59,626 nucleotides of DNA from Marinobacterium sp. (GTDB lineage: Bacteria > Pseudomonadota > Gammaproteobacteria > Pseudomonadales > Balneatricaceae). Where the stretch lies: positions 1-59,626 of the forward strand of contig QKGH01000353.1 of the NCBI GenBank assembly GCA_003250495.1, read 5' to 3'. Below are positions 53,288 through 59,626 of this stretch, piece by piece (position 1 is the stretch's first letter; every line of letters starts with the position of its first letter). The translations under genes were made by a program, and so were the position numbers. The notes under the pieces are model-generated. The model was not told where the DNA came from. It did not search any database and worked only from the letters and a program-made list of their open reading frames with translations.

Positions 53288-54577
53288 TCAGGGCTGGACC
53301 GGCACCGCAACGATATTCAGCGCCTTGAGCAGGTTCAACGCCTGGTAGAGCTGGAAGTCGCTGGTCGCCAGCGCCGGATCTTCGCCGGCGGCCTGGGCGG
53401 CGGCAGTGCCGTTCTCCAGGTGCCCGGCCAGATCACGCTCCTTGATCTGCGGATCCTGGCCCAGCGCGGTCAGCTTGGCTTCCTCCACGACCAGATCCGG
53501 GTGGATCCCCTGTGCCTGGATCGAGCGGCCATTCGGCGTGAAGTAACGCGCGGTGGTCAGTTTCAGCGCCCGGTCATTGCCCAGCGGCAGCACGGTTTGC
53601 ACCGAGCCCTTACCGAAACTGTCGGTCCCCATCAGGATCGCACGACGATGGTCCTGTAGCGCCCCGGCCACGATCTCCGACGCCGAGGCGGAGCCGCCAT
53701 TGATCAGCACCACCAGCGGCAGCTCCGGCGCAGCGGTTTGTTCGCTGGCACTGAAGCGCAGTTCGGAGTTGGGCAGGCGGCCTTCGGTATAGACGATCAG
53801 CCCCTCGTCGATGAAGGCATCGGTCACCTCCACCGCGGCCTGCAGCACGCCGCCGGGGTTGTTGCGCAGGTCCAGCACCAGGCCGTTGAGCGGCGCCTCG
53901 CGCTCCAGCGTTTCCAGTTCGTCGATCAGATCCTTGCCGGTATTGAGCTGGAACTGGCTGATACGCAGATAGCCGTAGCCCGGCTCCAACAGCCGGCTGC
54001 GCACGCTGGCCACCTTGATCGCGTCGCGGACCAGCTTGACCTCGAACGGTTTCTCGACCCCATCGCGCACGATGGTCAGGCGGATCTCGCTGCCGATCTC
54101 GCCGCGCATCAGATCGACCGCTTCGTTGAGGCTCAGCCCCTGTACCGGCGTGTCATCCAGCTTGATGATCAGGTCGCCGGCACGGATACCGGCCCGCTGT
54201 GCGGGGGTATCGTCGATCGGTGCAATCACGCGCACGAAACCGTCTTCCAGCCCGACCTCGATCCCCAAGCCACCGAACTCGCCGCTGGTGTGCACCTGCA
54301 GGCTCTCGAACGCCTCCGGCTCCAGGTAGCTGGAGTGGGGGTCGAGCCCCGCCAGCATGCCGCGAATCGCATCCTGCAGCAGCTTGCTGTCATCGACCGG
54401 CTCCACATAAGCGCTCTTGATACGACCGTAGACCTCGGCGAACATCCGCAGGTCATCCAGCGGCAGCGTTTTGGTTTCGCTACCCTCCGCCGCTACCGGT
54501 TCGGTTTGGGCATAAACAGGTGCCGCCAGGGCACTGCAGATCAACAGCAGAAGGGGAAGACGGGAAAACAGCTTCAT
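53288..54577 (-). CDS. Carboxy-terminal processing protease (S41A, CtpA-like)
   Basis: LDPHS, PDZ GLGIEV, DLRNNPGG, SASASEI, FGKGSVQ. Confidence 0.9.
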   Translation of the reverse strand: MKLFSRLPLLLLICSALAAPVYAQTEPVAAEGSETKTLPLDDLRMFAEVYGRIKSAYVEPVDDSKLLQDAIRGMLAGLDPHSSYLEPEAFESLQVHTSGEFGGLGIEVGLEDGFVRVIAPIDDTPAQRAGIRAGDLIIKLDDTPVQGLSLNEAVDLMRGEIGSEIRLTIVRDGVEKPFEVKLVRDAIKVASVRSRLLEPGYGYLRISQFQLNTGKDLIDELETLEREAPLNGLVLDLRNNPGGVLQAAVEVTDAFIDEGLIVYTEGRLPNSELRFSASEQTAAPELPLVVLINGGSASASEIVAGALQDHRRAILMGTDSFGKGSVQTVLPLGNDRALKLTTARYFTPNGRSIQAQGIHPDLVVEEAKLTALGQDPQIKERDLAGHLENGTAAAQAAGEDPALATSDFQLYQALNLLKALNIVAVPVQP

Positions 54578-54601
54578 AGCAATAGTTCCTTGGGGTGTGG
54601 T

Positions 54602-55738
54602 TCAACGCCGGGCCAGCCACTGCGCCGGGTCGATTGAACTGCCTTTGTGCCGAATAGCGAAATAGAGCCCAACCGCATCGTAACCACCGCTGTTGCCGGC
54701 TGTCGCCACCGGTTCACCGGCGCTGACCCAGTCGCCGGTCTCGCGCAACAAGCTTTGGTTGTGTCCGTACATGCTCATATAACCGCTGCCATGATCGATG
54801 ATCAACAGCAACCCGTAACCTCGCAGCCAGTTCGCAAACACCACCCGGCCGGCATGCACGGCATGAATCTCCCGCCCGGGCTGGGCCGCGATCAGCATGC
54901 CCTCATAGCGTACACCGTTTTCACTGGAGCCGAAGCCACGCAACACCTTGCCATCGATCGGCCAGGACAGTGTACCCTTCAGGCTGGCAAATGCCCGGTC
55001 GTTGACCGCCAGACGCGATTTTTCCAGGGCTTTTTGGATCTGTATCAGCAACGTTTCCAGCTGCCGCCGATCCTGGTTCAACTGCCCCAGGCGATCACGC
55101 TCCTGTTTCAGCGCCGACTTCAGCTCCGCCAGGCTGTGAGCCCGCTTATCCCGGGCGGCACGCAGCTGCGCCTCCTGTGCCGCCAAGGCCTCGCGCTTCT
55201 GCAGCATATCGGCATTGGTCTGGGCTGCCTGCTCACGCGTCTCGGTCAGCGCCTGCAGCTGGGCCTGGTAAGCGTGCAGACGACGGGCCAGGTCGGCATT
55301 GAGGTGGTCATAATAGTGCAGCAACCGTTCCCCCCGCGCCGGATCGCGTTCGCTGAGCATCAACTGCAACTGCGGCTGCTGTCCCTGCTGGTACTGCTCG
55401 CGCATCAGCGCCAGGATCAGCTTTTTACCGCTAGCCAACTGCTGTTCTAGCTCGCGCTCCCGCCCTTTCAGCCCGGCCAGGTCGCTATCCAGCGTACTAA
55501 GATCGGCACCCAGCGACTTTAACTCGCGACTGACCTCGCCGATCTGCCGCTCGGAGTCGCGCAGCGCCTCCGCCAGGGCCTTCTGCTTGCTCTGCCGGCT
55601 ACTGATCGAGCGTTCCAGCGCGGAAACCTGCTTCTTCAACGCATTGATCTGCGCCTCGGTCGCCTGCTTTTCCGCCTCGGTGGCGGAATACGCAGGCAAT
55701 CCGATCAGCAGCAACGCTACAAACAGAACAGTGCGCAT
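54602..55738 (-). CDS. envC: Murein hydrolase activator EnvC (coiled coil + degenerate M23)
   Basis: Long coiled coil, WLRGYGLLLIIDHG, YGHNQ; gpmI-envC-ctpA synteny. Confidence 0.85.
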   Translation of the reverse strand: MRTVLFVALLLIGLPAYSATEAEKQATEAQINALKKQVSALERSISSRQSKQKALAEALRDSERQIGEVSRELKSLGADLSTLDSDLAGLKGRERELEQQLASGKKLILALMREQYQQGQQPQLQLMLSERDPARGERLLHYYDHLNADLARRLHAYQAQLQALTETREQAAQTNADMLQKREALAAQEAQLRAARDKRAHSLAELKSALKQERDRLGQLNQDRRQLETLLIQIQKALEKSRLAVNDRAFASLKGTLSWPIDGKVLRGFGSSENGVRYEGMLIAAQPGREIHAVHAGRVVFANWLRGYGLLLIIDHGSGYMSMYGHNQSLLRETGDWVSAGEPVATAGNSGGYDAVGLYFAIRHKGSSIDPAQWLARR

Positions 55739-55747
55739 GATCGCTTA

Positions 55748-57301
55748 TCAGGCAAAATGAACCAGGCTCTTACCCTTCATCTCGGCCGGCGCCTCCAGCC
55801 CCATCAACGTCAGCAGCGTCGGCGCCAGATCGCACAACGCGCCGTCCTCGAGCCGCAACTGTGCCGCCCGCGGACCGTCGTAGATCAGCGCAACCGGCCA
55901 GGTCGTATGCGAGGTGTGCGGCTGACCGCTCTCCGGGTTGACCATCAGCTCGACGTTGCCGTGGTCCGCCGTGATCAACGTCTCGCCGCCGACTTCGGCC
56001 ATCGCCGCCAACACCCGCTGCAGGCACTGGTCGATGGTCTCGACCGCCTTGACCGCCGCATCGAATTTGCCGGTATGGCCAACCATGTCGCCATTGGCGA
56101 AGTTGCAGACGATCAGGTCGAAACGGCGACTGCGGATCGCCTCGACCAGTTTGTCGGTCACCTCCGGTGCGCTCATCTCCGGTTGCAGGTCATAGGTGGC
56201 TACCTGCGGCGACGGTACCAGGATCCGCTCCTCACCGGCATAGCTGGCCTCCTGGCCGCCGTTGAAGAAGAAGGTGACATGAGCGTACTTTTCGGTCTCG
56301 GCGATGCGCAGCTGGGTCTTGCCCAGCCCCGCCAGGTACTCGCCCAGGCCGTTATGGATCGCTTCCGGCGGGTAGGCGCAGGCGGCTTTGATGCTGGCCG
56401 CATACTCGGTCATCATCACATAGTCGGCCAATGCCGGACGCGCCTTGCGCTCGAAGCCGTCGAATTCATCCCCCTCGACGAAGCAGCGGGTGATTTCGCG
56501 GGAGCGGTCGGGACGGAAGTTGGCGCAGATCACCGCATCGCCATCCTGGATCAGCCCCTTCGGGTGCCCGGCCATATCGGTGATCACCGTGGCGGCAACG
56601 AACTCGTCGTTCTCTCCGCGCACATAGGCCTCGGCCAACGCCTGCTGCGCCGACTGGTGATGCTGGCTGGCCTCACCCAGGGTCATGGCGTCATAGGCCT
56701 GCTGCACGCGATCCCAGCGGTTGTCCCGGTCCATCGCGTAGTAGCGGCCGACCACGGTGGCGATGGCCCCCACTCCCAGCTCGCGGAACTTGGCTTCAGC
56801 CGCGGCGATGGAGGGCTCCGCCGAGCGCGGTGGCATGTCGCGGCCGTCGAGAATCGCGTGCAGGTAGACCTCGCTGGCCCCGCGCTTGGCCGCCATCTCG
56901 GCCAGCGCCAGGATATGATCCTCGTGGCTGTGCACGCCCCCCGGTGACAACAGGCCCAGCAGGTGCACGGCTCGCCCGGCGCTGATCGCCTTGTCCATCG
57001 CCGCCACCAGCGCCGGATTCTCGAAGAATCCGCCATCCTCTATCTCTTTACTGATACGCGTCAGATTCTGGTACACGATACGACCGGCACCGATGTTCAT
57101 ATGCCCCACTTCGGAGTTCCCCATCTGCCCTTCGGGAAGGCCGACGGCCATGCCGGAGGTCTGGACAAGGGCATGCGGCCGATTCGCCAGCAATCCGTCC
57201 CAGGTCGGCGTCCGGGCCGCCTCGATGGCCGATGAAGCGGTGGACTCGACACCGAAACCGTCGAGAATAATCAGTGCTTTGGTTGCGCGTGTGTCTGTCA
57301 T
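55748..57301 (-). CDS. gpmI: 2,3-BPG-independent phosphoglycerate mutase
   Basis: [40 protein letters not shown]. Confidence 0.95.
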   Translation of the reverse strand: MTDTRATKALIILDGFGVESTASSAIEAARTPTWDGLLANRPHALVQTSGMAVGLPEGQMGNSEVGHMNIGAGRIVYQNLTRISKEIEDGGFFENPALVAAMDKAISAGRAVHLLGLLSPGGVHSHEDHILALAEMAAKRGASEVYLHAILDGRDMPPRSAEPSIAAAEAKFRELGVGAIATVVGRYYAMDRDNRWDRVQQAYDAMTLGEASQHHQSAQQALAEAYVRGENDEFVAATVITDMAGHPKGLIQDGDAVICANFRPDRSREITRCFVEGDEFDGFERKARPALADYVMMTEYAASIKAACAYPPEAIHNGLGEYLAGLGKTQLRIAETEKYAHVTFFFNGGQEASYAGEERILVPSPQVATYDLQPEMSAPEVTDKLVEAIRSRRFDLIVCNFANGDMVGHTGKFDAAVKAVETIDQCLQRVLAAMAEVGGETLITADHGNVELMVNPESGQPHTSHTTWPVALIYDGPRAAQLRLEDGALCDLAPTLLTLMGLEAPAEMKGKSLVHFA

Positions 57302-57492
57302 CGTCTGCTGAGTTCGTTCTGTTCAAACTGGAAGGAGCATTCTACCGCTCAGGTATTATCCAACAAGTGTACCTTAGCCATGGCGTCGACGGGGCAAATT
57401 CCCGGCTAAACCTTATCCCCCGGGCAAGCCCCATGTATACTGGGCCGCCTATATAACAGCCTCTATACGAACAGCCCGTTTACGGAAAGGTT

Positions 57493-57909
57493 ATGGACCG
57501 TCTGATTGAATTTGTTAGCCAACACTACTATCTCGCAGCGGCTTGGGCCCTGACCCTGGTGATGCTGCTCTGGAACGAGTCGCGCAAGTCGGGCAAGTCG
57601 GTATCGACCTCGGAAGCCACCACCCTAATCAACAAGGAGGATGCCGTAGTGCTCGACATCCGCACCAAGAAGGAGTGGGAAACCGGGCGTATCACCGGGG
57701 CGATCCATCTCCCCCTGGCCGATCTCGACCGGCGCCTGTCGGAGCTCGACAAATACAAGGACAAGCCGATCATCGTCGTTTGCAATATCGGCCAGAGCGC
57801 CGGCGCGGCTACCCGCAAGCTGCAGGCTGCCGGTTTCAGCAAGGCAGTCCGCCTGTCTGGCGGCATGACCGAATGGCGGGGGCAGAACCTGCCGGTGGTA
57901 AAGGCATGA
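57493..57909 (+). CDS. Rhodanese-like membrane protein (YibN)
   Basis: N-terminal TM, DIR...ITGAIHLP, VVC, LSGGMTEW; upstream of grxC-secB. Confidence 0.85.
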   Translation: MDRLIEFVSQHYYLAAAWALTLVMLLWNESRKSGKSVSTSEATTLINKEDAVVLDIRTKKEWETGRITGAIHLPLADLDRRLSELDKYKDKPIIVVCNIGQSAGAATRKLQAAGFSKAVRLSGGMTEWRGQNLPVVKA

Positions 57910-58163
57910 CACCGGCAATCGAAATCTATCTCACTCGCTGGTGCCCCTACTGCTCCCGGGCCAAGGCTCTATTGGACAGTAAGGGCGTGGCGTACACCGA
58001 AATCGACGTCGACAGTGCTCCAGACCTGCGCCGCCAGATGATGGCACGCGCCGGTCGTCATACCGTTCCGCAGATCTTTATTGGCGAAACGCATGTCGGC
58101 GGTTGCGACGACCTTTACGCTCTAGAGCGTCAGGGAAAACTGGCTCCCCTATTGGGCCAATGA
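57906..58163 (+). CDS. grxC: Glutaredoxin 3
   Basis: CPYC, TVPQIFIG, GGCDDL; ATGA overlap with the upstream gene. Confidence 0.95.
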   Translation: MTPAIEIYLTRWCPYCSRAKALLDSKGVAYTEIDVDSAPDLRRQMMARAGRHTVPQIFIGETHVGGCDDLYALERQGKLAPLLGQ

Positions 58164-58190
58164 CTCACGTTTACAGCAAAGGAAAGATCG

Positions 58191-58649
58191 ATGTCTGAGA
58201 ACCAACAACAGCCCCAGTTCGCGCTCAAACGCGTCTACCTGAAAGATGCCTCACTGGAAACGCCTGCCGCTCCGCAGATTTTCACCAAGCCTTGGCAGCC
58301 CGAGGTTAACCTGGATATCAATACCAAGAGCCAGGCGCTCGACGAGCAGCATTTTGAAGTGATCCTGACGCTGACTGTCACCGTCAAAAACAGCGACGAG
58401 ACCGCCTTCCTGGTCGAAGTACAGCAGGCGGGGATCTTCCTGCTGGCCGGCCTGGGCGATGCGGAAACCCGCCATACCCTGGGAGCCTTCTGCCCCAACC
58501 TGCTGTTCCCCTACGCCCGTGAAGCGATCGACAACCTCGCCTCCAAGGCCAGCTTCCCGGCCCTGATGCTGGCGCCGGTGAACTTCGATGCGCTGTATGC
58601 CCAGCAGTTGCAGAAAGAGCAGGCGACCGCCTCCACCGAGGCCCATTAA
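58191..58649 (+). CDS. secB: Protein-export chaperone SecB
   Basis: [37 protein letters not shown]. Confidence 0.95.
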   Translation: MSENQQQPQFALKRVYLKDASLETPAAPQIFTKPWQPEVNLDINTKSQALDEQHFEVILTLTVTVKNSDETAFLVEVQQAGIFLLAGLGDAETRHTLGAFCPNLLFPYAREAIDNLASKASFPALMLAPVNFDALYAQQLQKEQATASTEAH

Positions 58650-58681
58650 GCCACCGCTCGTCCCCCACAAGTGGGAGCGGG

Positions 58682-59332
58682 CTACCGCTCCTGCTTCGCC
58701 CAGCGCCGCCGCGTCGCGATGTAACTCTGGTTGAAACGCTCGAAATAACTCTCCAGATGCGCGGCAACCGCCACCTCACCTATCTGCTCCAATACCGCAA
58801 CCGCCACCTCTGCCGTGCACAGATGCTCCTCGACAGTGGAGCGACGCAACTGGTAACGACTCAGACGTTCGGTCTGTAACGCGAACACGGGCAGATGCTG
58901 GAGATAGGCGCTGTGGCGGAACATCCGCCGAGCCTGTCTCCAGGTACCGTCGAGAATGATGAAGGCGGGAATACGCCCATCGGACGCTACCTGCTGAATC
59001 ACCCGATGCCGGTAGTCCTCCTCGGCCGGAAAGATCAGACAGGGCGCGTAACGCGGATCGGCTAACGCCTGCAGCAGTGCGTCTCCGGGTTCGGTACGGG
59101 ACCATTCAAACAGCCGGGTATTGGCTACCGAATCGACGATCAACCGACCGGTATTGGTCGGCTTATACAATTCATAACGATGCGTCAGTAACCAGAACTC
59201 ACAGCCAGCCGGCAGTTGGTAGCGATATTCACAGATACACACTTCGGTCGGCAACCGACACTGCTCACAGCGTTCTACACCGGAGCCGCGCGCGATATAA
59301 GGTTTACGGGGAGGATCTGCTAGCTGGACCAT
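58682..59332 (-). CDS. DTW-domain tRNA-uridine aminocarboxypropyltransferase (TapT/YfiP-like)
   Basis: RCEQC...CIC, KPTNTGRL, LDGTW, LCTAEV. Confidence 0.85.
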   Translation of the reverse strand: MVQLADPPRKPYIARGSGVERCEQCRLPTEVCICEYRYQLPAGCEFWLLTHRYELYKPTNTGRLIVDSVANTRLFEWSRTEPGDALLQALADPRYAPCLIFPAEEDYRHRVIQQVASDGRIPAFIILDGTWRQARRMFRHSAYLQHLPVFALQTERLSRYQLRRSTVEEHLCTAEVAVAVLEQIGEVAVAAHLESYFERFNQSYIATRRRWAKQER

Positions 59333-59472
59333 GCTTTCTGCCGCAACAAACGAAGAGGGGCACTATACTCGCTTCCCAGTCACGGGCAAGGGATCGACGC
59401 CTGGTCTCATAACGCCCCTGATTGCAGAGACAGGCATCAAACATAGGTTCGCGTATCCAGCCCCGCGAAACG

Positions 59473-59504
59473 AAAAAAGGGTCACCCTTGCGGATGACCC
59501 TTCT
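59473..59504 (-). terminator. rRNA operon intrinsic terminator
   Basis: Minus strand AGAAGGGTCATCC-GCAA-GGGTGACCCTTTTTT, just after the 5S gene. Confidence 0.85.
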
Positions 59505-59531
59505 CTCGTTCCCCTCTCGGGGATCATTAGG

Positions 59532-59626
59532 TGCCTGGCGATGACCTACTCTCACATGGGGAGACCCCACACTACCATCGGCGATGACGCGTTTCACGAC
59601 TGAGTTCGGTATGGGATCAGGTGGTT
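59532..59626 (-). rRNA. rrf: 5S rRNA (partial; the 5' end lies beyond the window)
   Basis: Reverse complement reads CCACCTGATCCCATACCGAACTCAG...GCCGATGGTAGTGTGGGGTCTCCCCATGTGAGAGTAGG...CCAGGC. Confidence 0.97.

Overview
GC-rich gammaproteobacterial chromosome segment. The gene order is Pseudomonas/Oceanospirillales-like (inferred from synteny, not searched). Most of it is core genome: rep, comM-ubiK, glnK-amtB-glnK, a Cpx-like two-component system, thiS-thiG-trmB, ftsYEX-rpoH, rsmD, coaD, oxyR-recG, hemB-ppk, mutM, rpmBG, radC, coaBC-dut-algC-argB-slmA, gpmI-envC-ctpA, yibN-grxC-secB, and the 3' end of an rRNA operon (5S). The left ~8.6 kb, downstream of a tRNA-Arg(CCG), looks accessory: a frameshifted eutA, an orphan TRAP binding protein, an octaheme cytochrome c/cytochrome b/NifX-like operon and a Cache-PAS-GGDEF-EAL protein. 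The most notable signals outside the ORF track are four. (1) A ~145 nt GGA-hairpin sRNA of Csr/Rsm type at ~42005-42148, plus a matching CAGGAUG hairpin on the ribosome-binding site of the octaheme operon. (2) Pho-box-like 11-bp-period repeats in front of a PAP2 phosphatase + MJ1255/VC2487 glycosyltransferase pair (candidate phosphate-starvation lipid remodelling) and in front of hemB-ppk. (3) A ~640 bp highly structured, repeat-containing non-coding region after the second glnK. (4) An atypical anticodon loop in the tRNA-Arg. No CRISPR array, transposase or integrase was seen.
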